DNA of 63,914 nt, from NCBI RefSeq assembly GCF_031769215.1, contig NW_026782496.1:620001-683914 (forward strand), given 5' to 3'. Each line of letters begins with the position of its first letter. Positions within the stretch are counted from its first letter, which is position 1. This document shows, piece by piece, positions 13,420 to 26,600 of the stretch. Under the pieces are notes generated by a model that saw only the letters and a program-made list of their open reading frames with translations, was not told the origin of the DNA and did not search any database. This DNA comes from Ylistrum balloti. Its lineage: Eukaryota. A program made the position numbers and the translations under genes.

Positions 13420-13870
13420 GGCATTTAGTTTTAGCCATCTGATCATGGTGGACTAATAAATCACTTTTGATCGTCCTCAAATAATTGTTGTGATAATTAT
13501 TTGTAGAGCACTGTTTGACTCCTCATTCTGCAATGTCTTATGCAGGAATGTCTTGGTCTGAAGTTGTTCATAACCAATTTTAAGACCGATCGGGAAAACA
13601 ATACTACCGACAGGCGGCCATCTTGAATCTTGTCAATGAAAGTTTGTTTTCGTTATTTCTTGTGAAGTACCGGATGGATCTTTCTCATTTTCAATTTGAA
13701 GGTTCTCCTTATTCTCTAGTCGTGCACAGTCTGCTGGCAGGCGGCCATCTTGGTTTTTAAATGTCATAGTTTGCTATTGATCTCTCTAGAGAAGTACTGA
13801 ATGGATAATTTTCAAATTGATAAGTGCACCGTAGTGGCAGATAGTCGTATATTGGATTTTGACGAATACG
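13420..13870 (+). mobile_element. Degenerate non-autonomous interspersed element (bivalve type)
   Basis: 5' TTTTAGCCATCTG...GGTGGACTAA hairpin-like end and two internal CAGGCGGCCATCTTG motifs, typical of mollusc MITE/HINE-like repeats. Confidence 0.45.
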
Positions 13871-14355
13871 TCATAAGGTGCCTTTCTAAAACAACCAGGC
13901 AAAATTACATTTTTTTACATCCACAGACTGAGGTACAAAAATATGTATACATGTGCATACCATAATTTCGATCATATTTGGCACAAATTCACAAGCTTGA
14001 TTCAATCTTGGTATCGACAGTGATAAATCTATTGGTAAGGAAATTGTATTTATCCTATAGATATATTCACTTACCTGTACATGACGTATATGATTACGCA
14101 ATACATTGTATGGTATATTGAACTGCAAACAAATCTGACAACACATATTTGATTGTACGAATATAGTTTATTATAACAATTGGTCAGTTATTGTGAATAT
14201 GCCAATGTAAGTGATAAATTTGGAAAAGCGTGTTATAACTTTCTTGCACATAAATATGAGGAGAATGTGTTAGAGATCCTATGCTATCTCAGTGTCCAAG
14301 GATGTTTGACCCACTTTTTACCGTACTGGTTGTGGTTATCAACAAGATATGATGA

Positions 14356-17300
14356 ATAGTCAGTTTTCTTCACTTCACATGTCATCATAGTCAGCTTTCT
14401 TCACTTCACGTCATCATAGTCAGCTTTCCTCACTTCACATGTCATCATAGTCAGCTTACTTCACTTCACATGTCATCATAGTCATCTTTTTTCACTTCAC
14501 CTGTCATCATATTAAGTTTTCTTCACTTCACATGTCATCATAGTCATCTTTCTTCACTTCACATGTCATCATAGTCATCTTTTTTCACTTCACATGTCAT
14601 CATATTCAGTTTTCGTCACTTCACATGTCTTCATAGTCATCTTTCTTCTCATCACATGTCATCATAGTCAGCTTTCTTCACTTCACATGTCATCATAGTC
14701 ATCTTTCTTCATTTCACATGTCATCATAGTCATCTTTCTTCACTTCACATGTCATCATAGTCATCTTTCTTCACTTCACATGTCATCATAGTCATCTTTC
14801 TTCACTTCACATGTCATCATAGTCATCTTTCTTCTTCACTTCACATGTCATCATAGTCATAGCTTTCTTCACTTCACATGTCATCATAGTCATCTTTCTT
14901 CTTCACATGTCACATGTCATCTTTCTTCATTTCACATGTCATCATAGTCATCTTTTTCTTCACTTCACATGTCATAGTCATCATAGTCATCTTTCTTCAC
15001 TTCACATGTCTTCATTCACATGTCATCATAGTCAGCTTTCTTCACTTCACATGTCATCATAGTCAGCTTTCTTCATTTCACATGTCATCATAGTCATCTT
15101 TCTTCACTTCACATGTCATCATAGTCATCTTTCTTCACTTCACATGTCATCATAGTCATCTTTCTTCACTTCACATGTCATCATAGTCATCTTTCTTCAC
15201 TTCACATGTCATCATAGTCATCTTTTTTCACTTCACATGTCATCATAGTCATCTTTTCTTCACTTCACATGTCATCATAGTCATCTTTCTTCACTTCACA
15301 TGTCATCATAGTCATAGTCATCATAGTCAGCTTCTTTCTTCACTTCACATGTCATCATAGTCATCTTTCTTCACTTCACATGTCATCATAGTCATCTTTC
15401 TTCACTTCACATGTCATCATAGTCATCTTTTTCTTCACTTCACATGTCTTCACTTCACATGTCATCATAGTCATCTTTCTTCACTTCACATGTCATCATA
15501 GTCATCATTCTTCATTTCACATGTCATCATAGTCATCTTTCTTCACTTCACATGTCTTCATAGTCATCTTTTTTCACTTCACCTGTCATCATATTAAGTT
15601 TTCTTCACTTCACATGTCATCATAGTCATCTTTCTTCACTTCACATGTCATCATAGTCATCTTTCTTCACTTCACATGTCATCATAGTCATCTTTCTTCA
15701 CTTCACATGTCATCATAGTCATCTTTCTTCACTTCACATGTCATCATAGTCATCTTTCTTCACTTCACATGTCATCAGTCATCTTTCTTCACTTCACATG
15801 TCATCATAGTCATCTTTCTTCACTTCACATGTCATCATAGTCATCTTTCTTCACTTCACATGTCATCATATCATCTTTCTTCACTTTCACATGTCATCAT
15901 AGTCATCTTTCTTCACTTCACATGTCATCATAGTCATCTTTCTTCACTTCACATGTCATCATAGTCACTTTTCATCTTCACATGTCATCATGTCACATCA
16001 TCATAGTCAGCTTTTTCTTCACTTCACATGTCTTTTTTCATCACATGTCATCATATTCAGTTTTCTTCACTTCACATGTCTTCATAGTCATCTTTCTTCA
16101 CTTCACATGTCATCATAGTCAGCTTTCTTCACTTCACATGTCATCATAGTCAGCTTTCTTCATTTCACATGTCATCATAGTCATCTTTCTTCACTTCACA
16201 TGTCATCATAGTCATCTTTCTTCACTTCACATGTCATCATAGTCATCTTTCTTCACTTCACATGTCATCATAGTCAGCTTTCTTCACTTCACATGTCATC
16301 ATAGTCAGCTTTATTCACTTCACATGTCATCATAGTCATCTTTCTTCACTTCACATGTCATCATATTCAGTTTTCTTCACTTCACATGTCTTCATAGTCA
16401 TCTTTCTTCACTTCACATGTCATCATAGTCAGCTTTCTTCACTTCACATGTCATCATAGTCATCTTTCTTCATTTCATATGTCATCATAGTCATCTTTCT
16501 TCACTTCACATGTCATCATAGTCAGCTTTCTTCACTTCACATGTCATCATAGTCATCTTTCTTCACTTCACATGTCATCATAGTCATCTTTCTTCACTTC
16601 ACATGTCATCATAGTCATCTTTCTTCACTTCACATGTCATCATAGTCATCTTTCTTCACTTCACATGTCATCATAGTCAGCTTTCTTCACTTCACATGTC
16701 ATCATAGTCATCTTTCTTCATTTCACATGTTCACATGTCATCATAGTCATCTTTCTTCACTTCACATGTCATCATAGTCAGTTTTCTTCACTTCACATGT
16801 CTTCATAGTCATCTTTCTTCACTTCACATGTCATCATAGTCAGCTTTCTTCACTTCACATGTCATCATAGTCAGCTTTCTTCATTTCACATGTCATCATA
16901 GTCATCTTTCGTCACTTCACATGTCTTCATAGTCATCTTTCTTCTCATCACATGTCATCATAGTCATCTTTTTTCACTTCACATGTCATCATATTCAGTT
17001 TTCATCACTTCACATGTCTTCATAGTCATCTTTCTTCACTTCACATGTCATCATAGTCAGCTTTCTTCACTTCACATGTCATCATAGTCATCTTTCTTCA
17101 CTTCACATGTCATCATAGTCATCTTTCTTCACTTCACATGTCATCATAGTCAGCTTTCTTCACTTCACATGTCATCATAGTCATCTTTCTTCACTTCACA
17201 TGTCATCATAGTCATCTTTCTTCACTTCACATGTCATCATAGTCATCTTTCTTCACTTCACATGTCATCATAGTCATCTTTCTTCACTTCACATGTCATC

Positions 17301-18007
17301 ATAGTCAGCTTTCTTCACTTCACATGTCATCATAGTCATCTTTCTTCACTTCACATGTCATCATAGTCATCTTTCTTCTCTTCACATGTCATCATAGTCA
17401 GCTTTCTTCACTTCACATGTCATCATAGTCATCTTTCTTCACTTCACATGTCATCATAGTCATCTTTCTTCACTTCACATGTCATCATAGTCAACTTTCT
17501 TCATTTCACATGTCATCATAGTCATCTTTCTTCACTTCACATGTCATCATAGTCATCTTTCTTCACTTCACATGTCATCATAGTCATCTTTCTTCACTTC
17601 ACATGTCATCATAGTCATCTTTCTTCACTTCACATGTCATCATAGTCAGCTTTCTTCATTTCACATGTCATCATAGTCAGCTTTCTTCACTTCACATGTC
17701 ATCATAGTCAGCTTTCTTCACTTCACATGTCATCATAGTCATCTTTCTTCACTTCACATGTCATCATAGTCAGCTTTCTTCACTTCACATGTCATCACAG
17801 GCATCTTTCTTCACTTCACATGTCATCATAGTCATCTTTCTTCACTTCACATGTCATCATAGTCATCTTTCTTCACTTCACATGTCATCATAGTCATCTT
17901 TCTTCACTTCACATGTCATCATAGTCATCTTTCTTCACTTCACATGTCATCATAGTCAGCTTTCTTCACTTCACATGTCATCATAGTCAGCTTTCTTCAC
18001 TTCACAT
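14356..18007. repeat. 31-bp satellite array (TCATCTTTCTTCACTTCACATGTCATCATAG), ~118 copies
   Basis: About 3.65 kb of directly visible tandem units with variants (TCAGCT vs TCATCT, ATTCAGTTTT, GTCTTCAT). Confidence 0.98.
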
Positions 18008-19615
18008 GGTTCATGTTTTGCGCTAATTTTATACGATTCAATTGGACACATGGATAATTACTTTACATTGGACTAATTAGAATTCTTTGGGTCGATCATC
18101 CTTTATATTCCTATGGCCATATTCATCAGTTTTCAGTTCAAGATCTTCTATTTTGTTTTTCTGTCAGAACTGAATCCCAACAGTTATAGATTGTAGCATC
18201 AAACATTATCTAGTTGAGATTTTGGAGGTCTAGATCAAACTGCCCGCACGTTTTCCTGGTTTCCGTCCTCGTCCTGTTTTGTTTGTTGCCTAACCCTCGC
18301 TGTTTGAGTTCTTTCCTGTGTTACTGAAGCACTTAACGTCTCGTACTTTACAAATCTGACGTCATAATATTGTTGGAGTATTTTTTTTCTGTGGAAAAGA
18401 CGCTTGATTCCGTGATGGAATCTTCAGAGAGAGTCGGGTTCGTAATGGGAACCGCCATTCTTATAAGTAATTAACCGAGACATGTAAATGTTCATTCCAG
18501 GAAACACTATATTCCGAAGTAGAAATAACGCGTTTGGATTGTTGTTTAATTCAGCTAGTAATATATATTTCCCCGTAAAAAGTAGTTTCGGCGAGAAAAG
18601 TTATTCCACAACTCGTATCACACTTGTGGTACAAGCCCACAGAAAACTTTGATGAATTTATTACCATCAAATTAATGCTCTTAATAAAGTCTAAGCGATA
18701 TTTGTGAGTTTAAAAAAAAAAAAAAAAAACAAGAAAATACTAACATGTGAAGAGAATCATAATCCTGGCTCAAATTTAATGAAATTAAGGTAAATATGAA
18801 CAGGAAGAAACTAACATGACATTTGTTGTTCCTTAAGTCATGGAAAATCAACATTGCTTGTATATTGAATGCTTATCTTAATGTATTTGGTGCCATGAAA
18901 CAACCATATATTAAGTATGCAGTATTCATACACTGACTATAACATTAAAGGCGGTAATCGCCGCAGAAAGGGTAGATTTTTTCAGAACTGAACAAACTAA
19001 AAATTATATTTTGACTAAATCCGTTTTTGAATACTACATTCCATTGGGTTCCGAAAAGTGTCTAATAACATAACTATTGCAGGAAATACTTATCGGATCG
19101 AACTTATCAGACTGGCTACATTACATGCAAGCTAATATAGAGCCGTCGAATGCCACAACTCTTTGCATATGGCACGTTATGGTGTTAACAACATGAACTC
19201 GACGTCATCTTGCTTGACTCTGTGTAAATACTGATATCAGATGAGTTTCTAACTGTAGGTGTATATGTATTTACTTTTGAATATCATCTAGTTATACAGG
19301 AAAATGTAACGTCTGTTCTTGATAAATTGAATCCAATATTTCATTAGATGAACGGTGACTACCTGCATGGGATTTTTTTTGTTAAAGGAAAAAACAGCTT
19401 CCCAATGAGACTTTGATTGATGAAGATAACAAAAATCACCAATGATGTTTCTAATATTCATAATTCAATACTTACTCCTGATATACAGACTGTATTACAA
19501 GACATACAACAAGAACACATTGAAGATGTGTGCTTTATTGACTTTTTATATTGGATATCTTTGCCTTAATAACGAGAAACAACAGATATTTTTTTTGCGA
19601 TAAACGGGAAATATA

Positions 19616-21985
19616 TTATGTTCTATTATAAAGCGCGTATAGAAATATTCCAAAACCGATGGCACCCGCCATGCTGCGCTTAAAATGACGTTTGTCCCAG
19701 GTATTGATGCTGGCTCGAACCCAGTCTACTCCTAAAAAGAAATCAAAACTTGAATATAAACATGGCAATATGCAAAGCATGAATTAGTTAAGAAAACTAT
19801 AGAGATGGTTTAATGTAGCATTTCCTCATTTCATTATCCTGAATTACTCTGTTTAAATACACTCGAAAGGGAACATTTCCAAGAGATTATGAAGTAGACA
19901 AAAGGGTTATTCCAATATCGATTAGATAAATCTGTGTAAAAGGATCATGTTTGGTGTTTAGAATTAATGACCTCTTGGCGAACAGTGTATGTGTAACACA
20001 ACCTCATGAACTTAAGTTTTCTGAGAACCTGTTATATTTTAACATAAAGCTTTGAGGAAATACAGGAGAGGCAATGAAGCTATTCTTATTATTTACAAGT
20101 ACAGTTATTTTTTTCTCTGCAGTTAACATTAAATTTGTTAAAATCATTGAACCATGAATTAGACAATGACGTCATGTTTAACTATGACGTGATAAGACAA
20201 AGGTAGTAAACTACATATCCATGTATGAAACGTGTACGTTGTAAAATAATGGATTTATTACTAATTTCGCCAATACCTCTTGTCGATATAACATCATCCT
20301 TCAGTAGTTTTTGGATGTCGGAAAACATAACTAATGCTGTGTATGGAAAAATGAAGAACATGCTAGCTGCTCCAGCAAGCCAGTAGTATTTGGTTTCTGT
20401 GTTGTCGAGATAACATGCCGAACATCCTGCTAGAAAACTAAGTTGTGCACAACGCCCCTGTAAAAATGAAAATGGATAAGTTTTATACATATAACAGTTA
20501 CAGACAAGCATTAAAATGCCTTGCGTATATCTATTTGAAATAATTAAGTTTTTCACATCAATTTCTAGCCTACCGACACGGTAATGGCGTCTTGATAATG
20601 TACAACTGTCAACTTACATTTAGCACAGTATAATTGTCCAACTTTGAGGTAATCGCTAATACCATTTCTACGCCGTCATCGCTTTTGATATAATCATTTA
20701 AAACAACGAGAAAATACTAAAGTGTCAACATAATCAAGTCAAACTCGAATTCGATAAAAGTAGGGTAAAATATGAACAAACGAAAAATTTACACGGAGAC
20801 TCCTGAAAATGTACACGGAGAATTGGATCAGGTGTTACGGAACTGCGTCTCTTGCTTCATCGATAAAACACGCTATATGAGTCTAAGTCAACACAAGTAC
20901 GTAATGTCATGTTCCCAAGAAAGAACAATGTATACAACAACGGAACTAACAGGCAAAGCAACGAACATCAAACACGTCCGTCACATACAAAATATTAAAC
21001 ATCAACAAGGAGCAGCATGTACATCTAAATAATGACTGTAGTAAGGAGGTTTGGAAAACAATTGAATCAACTGAGCTCCCTTGACATTTAGCTATGGGCC
21101 TTTCTGTAAGCAACTACAACAAATTCTTTGTAAAAGACATGGAAGCAATTTATAACAGCAGATTTAAACAGGCTACCCATGTCATTAGCATTGGCTATCG
21201 ATTCATGTGTATTCGAACTATCGTGGGCGGTTTTTAACACCTGATTTGTTTTATCTACAACCGCTATAAACTTTACAAAGAGATCAAGGAATTTGTCTAA
21301 CTTTACAAAGGTTTTATGATAAACACAAATTGAATGTGACAAACAAAAAATGTCAGCATGGATACCCCGGTACATGATGGGTAAAAATATATCAAAACTG
21401 GTTCAAACCAATGTCAAGGTTTCGTGCAAGCTTCGAAGGGACTGTTTGTTTAACACATTCCAACGGTGAAAAACAATCAAATTCCGGAGTTCTTAAATAA
21501 GTTAGTTGTCTATCATTTCGATTGTTTATTTAAAGGGTGAATTTAAACGTACTATTGAATCATTTTACTGATTAGAAAATAGTATATTGAAGCAAAATAC
21601 ATGTGTTAAGTAAACATTCAAATATGTAAATGAGGCCACACTCAACAAGACAATCACTACTTCCACGTGTTTTAACATCTAAACAATATTTGTTTTTTCA
21701 TATCTTACATAAATATATATTAACAGCATTGAAACATATTGACATTCTTCCATTTAAAGTAGGGGTTTTATATGACCTTGCTACGTGACTTCAGCATGTA
21801 CCTACCATATACGCCTTTCCGAGGAGGAAATGGTGCTTCCATCCCACCCGTAATGACGCCGTATCTTCAATCTTCATCATGGCTGGCATTGCTGTGAAGT
21901 TACTGCCCAAGGCACTGCCAGCAAACAGGCCTGCAGATGTTGTGGCAGTCACCTTACAAATAAGACCAATTGCTGCCTTCTCCAT
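19616..21985 (-). CDS. DUF1772 / anthrone oxygenase-like membrane protein, copy 3 (158 aa)
   Basis: Exons 21985-21806 (180), 20457-20277 (181), 19731-19616 (116); GT-AG and phases as in copies 1 and 2. Exon 3 = GVDWVRASINTWDKRHFKRSMAGAIGFGIFLYALYNRT*. Confidence 0.85.
20772..21030 (-). mobile_element. 3' non-coding fragment of a Penelope-like retroelement (same family as 48327-48860)
   Basis: Reverse complement aligns by eye to 48590-48790 (GGAGTCTCCGTGTAAAT..., TATACATTGT, CGTGTTTGATG) and to 59780-60165. Confidence 0.5.
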
Positions 21986-22990
21986 GTTTTGTCGGTGTAC
22001 GTGTGACCTATAAACACGTCTACCCGATACTTGTAATCTCACGAGGCAACTGTGCAGCACGAAGTGTGATTACTTTTTAGCACATTCGATGATTGAATTT
22101 TACGAGTACGTACGTGCATAAAATTCGATATACAGCAGTTTCAAAATATACAATAAAAATTGTCTCAATATTTTTAGATATAAGCATGTGATAGCAAGTG
22201 ATAGTGTAAACAAATTCAATATATCAGACAGATGTCTGCAAAATAATTTTGCCTAGTCAGTTTGATTCATTTAAACACGTAATACAAAAATGTCGTTTAG
22301 AGTAAAATATTGTATGTGCATTAACATGAGGTGTGATAAAATCAGAAGAAGGATACAAAACTATCTGTTTGCTTACATGTAATCATATATTACACTTTTT
22401 TCTATATTGATGTCCATTAACTTCGGTTTAAAGTATCCCTCGTGGATAGCATTATCATAGTTAATAATATATGAACACAGAAAATAACTAAATTTGTTCA
22501 AAAATCTAGCATGGAGACACTCCTTTCCTGTACCTAACTTGTGATAATACTAATTCCATGTGGAAAGATGATTTGTTTAAGATATTCGAAGTTACAGTGT
22601 GGTTGTCTCAGTCTGGTACTGAAGCTATTACAACTCTTACGTTACTCAAGGTAATCTCTTTCCAGACACCAAATAAGGAAACGTTTCCCCTTTTGGCACA
22701 GATAATGAAATCTTATTGCGGACGCTGACAAAAATTGTAAATGACTCTAAAATAATTTAAATTCCAATCACGCCTTTTTCTGTTGCCTATCAAATACATA
22801 TAACATGAATGATACCGTGAAGAATGTAATGTATTTTTTTTAATTAAACATATTTTATTGCAAAAATTATTACAACAGGATTAGGTACAAGTTATTACAA
22901 CGTATGAAACACCCTTTCCCCAATATATAACGAAATATAGTTAGACAACGCAATAGCCATATGACAACAAATACACTAACTACACATTTT

Positions 22991-22996
22991 AGTAGT

Positions 22997-23062
<66 letters not shown>
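22991..23062. repeat. Compound microsatellite (AGT)5-(AG)n
   Basis: Directly visible. Confidence 0.97.
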
Positions 23063-23066
<4 letters not shown>

Positions 23067-23643
23067 TGAGGGGGTAGTTTAAGCGAATACATGTTATGAT
23101 AGATACTATCACATATAACCTGTAGCATAGTTTTTTATGATTTCGTTTAAATTAAAACATTGATGATATGAAATAAAAAATATATATCTACATATAACAG
23201 AGATGACATTAAGGAAACAAGAAAACTTTATTTTTATCTAAATTAAATACGAATAAAAAGTTTAACAATGAGATTATATTTTAAATAAAAATTCAAATAA
23301 ATGATACATCGTATATGTCGTATATAAACAATGCCATCTCCGCACACAAGTGTACCACAGAACACTTATACTTATGACTAGATCACATCAGCAGATAATA
23401 CCGGTACATACATTAGGTACAGCAAACATCTGCTGTACAGATAGTCTCTACATTACCAATCGATGTTCCAGAGAATTGTAAAAGCTTCTATACTGAAACA
23501 ATGTTTTTTATAAAAAGTCTTCGTTTAATATTTTCACAAAAAACAACTACAAGTATGTAACTCCCCTTGACACAGCGTAATTTTGTCCAATACCCGTACC
23601 ATGATACAAGACAGCACCTACTACTTTGCTCATCAACACACAA

Positions 23644-26600
23644 TCATAACAAATGTCCGGTCCAATACGGTGTAAAGTCAATGTTGTGTACTTCTGCCAT
23701 CATATGAAAATACCTGTAATTAAAAACAAAGACAGTTTATGATAAAACGCTTCATTCAGAAATACCAATATTTCACCAATTGCCTTTCAAATTTTTCAAA
23801 TCTTATTTCAGCAATTAAAAAGAAAGATAAAATATAATTAATTCCGGCACAGCTTTGTTGAAATATGTATAAACAAGATGTAATACGAAAACAAAACAGC
23901 TGTGAAATAACGTTACAGCTTCACAGTTCTATAACTTATAACAGTACAAATATTCCAAACTTTAAATATACCTGTCTATAATTGCCTCCAGCCATTCCTT
24001 GTGAAGTAGATTTTGTGTCCAGGTCGTCGGAATAGCTTCAGCGCCATATTTACATCCCAACATTGCACCGGCCACACATGCATTAGTATCAGCATCTCCA
24101 CCCTACAGAAAAAATATGAATGACTACGTTCACCAATTTATGTTCTTTTCAATTGTTTTGTTACATCGCTTCTTAAGAACATACTAGAGCTAGGCTGCTT
24201 ATTATCTTACATTAACCAATGCCATTCAATACATCCACGTTTTCTGTTAACATTATCAAATCACCAAGTTGTGGAAAATATGGTACGAACCTCCATTATA
24301 ATTTTTGTGATCGCCTCCCTGAAATTCTGCTGCTTTAAAGCCCAAAAACCTGACCCCATCGTCTTGTATGTGTATCCGATTTTCCCTGATTCGTCTAGTT
24401 TCAGCTCCTTCAATCTTGTACATTTAAGATACGTCTTAAATTCCTTTCTCTGAAATAACAAAAACACATAAAACTGTAGATGGCTTATTGACGAAGAAAA
24501 TTCTGTTGACAAATGTTTTTTTTTTATTACCAACAACCCACACACTGACACCTTGTTTAACCGAACTATAAATGGATTAAGATTATTCGTGAAATTTCGA
24601 TAGTGAACTTATCATGAATAGGGTAGAATTTGTATTTTATCATTCAACACAGCAAAGATATATCTTAGATCATCACTCCCTTCAATATCTTGATATGAAT
24701 TCCAGAAATTTCTTCTCAGTTTAAGCTTAAACACACTTATATCCTTTTCATTGTGTTACATCTTAAGTCGTTAATACAATGTACCAAAATGTATAATTAA
24801 ATGAAACGGAAGCACAGTTTGGTCGTTTATAAACATACCTTCGTCCATGATAAGTTTTTGTCTACATGTCAATGAAGATACAAGTCTTAAATTTCGAATA
24901 GAACTTCTGATATTCTGTTTGTTTATATCAATAAAAGATCAAATTGAACCTCTGAAGGTTCAAGAGACTGAAGACAAAACCATTGAACGTTTTACCTTCT
25001 CATCAGTTTCCAGACACTTTGATGCATACTCATAACAGTCACGGATGATTGCTTTGATGTTGTAATTGCCTTTACGGTCCAAATGTTTTGGCTGACGTTG
25101 TAACATTAATGCTATGGCAACACTCACAGCTACCGTTGACGCTCGGCATCTGGTCAATCAAAGACAGTTTTAACTTATTGAGCATAAATAACATGTTGGA
25201 TGGACAAAAGATCATTTCGATTACTTCGTTTACCAGATTCAGAAAGACTGCAAAAGGCACACATACTTGTAAAGCACCTTCAGACAGTTTATTCAAATTC
25301 AAAACAAGTGTGAAGTGAAACATTTGCATGTTATGGTTGGATTTCAGTTCTTTTTTCTTTTACCATCGAAAAAAGTGATCCAATTCTTCAGACTATACCG
25401 AGCAGCTTTAATTTCACATTGGGAGAATTTGAAGCTGAACAATTTTGACTTATCATAATCAACGATGGAAACAATCGTCAGATATAAGTATGATTTTTTA
25501 CTGTGTCGTTTCCACTTAGTTTCAAAACCATGAATATCTATGACAAGTAATTTATAAATAACGTTATGCAAGTGATTGAAATCTCGTGCATTTTGTAGCT
25601 CCCAGAGTATTTACTTCAACCGAAATGTAACATTACTTTCATCAATCTACAAAATGGATACATGTTGTTATTAAAACGAAAAAAATAACGGAAAATTAAG
25701 AGTTCATTATAAACTCCAAACATATTTTTTTTTATTCTTTTCTTCTTTTATTCCTTGGGGGACGTCTAAATATTGTGTCACCAAATTAACAATCCTTCAA
25801 TACACACTGCGTCTCAGCGTTAGTGATTTTGAGAGAAAAAAAAATGAATACGTTAAAAAACTTTAAGAGAAGGTTATATCTCAATATAATTTAGAGTTAG
25901 TGTCATTCAATACCTTGGATCAGCATGAGTTGTCCTGGTAATAGTAATGGCATTCTGTATGACGAGATCGATATCGGCGTACATATGGACTCCCAGGATA
26001 CTTGTCCGCATCACGGCACCGTTAGCGGCTACGTCCCTTCCATTAAGGTCCCATACACGTTCGGCAGTCTGATGCAGAAAATAATTCTATTTCTTACAAT
26101 AATTTTTAAAAACACCAAACAAATAACACTCATTGAACTTGAATTAAATAAAAACGTCACATACCAGTATTTAGTTTTACACCTTTGATACTGAGTTGAC
26201 GGTTAACATGCCATAAAACGTAGCTTTGGCTGGCGGTACAATTTCTGCAGTATAGAAAAATGTCCCCCTTCTGATTTTATGGCTGAAAATGTATTGGTTA
26301 TGTTATATACACTTACAGCAAATGGATCCTCAAGGTAAGTTCGCTTATTGATGACAAAATGAGTTGTCCGCCCTTGTCCCATTCCAACATGATCCCCCAG
26401 CTCAGGAAATCCTTTTAGTCCCCAGTCTTTTATGCGTCTAGCGAAATCAAACGGGTCGACCTGTCAAGTACGTGTCGATAGACTTAAAACAACACTTATT
26501 TTCACGCCTTTAAAGTTTATATAACCGCAAATGAATAAAAACAATTAAGTTAAGCTGCGTGGAAATCCCGGTTTTGAGTTTTTCATTTTTTACGAAACAT

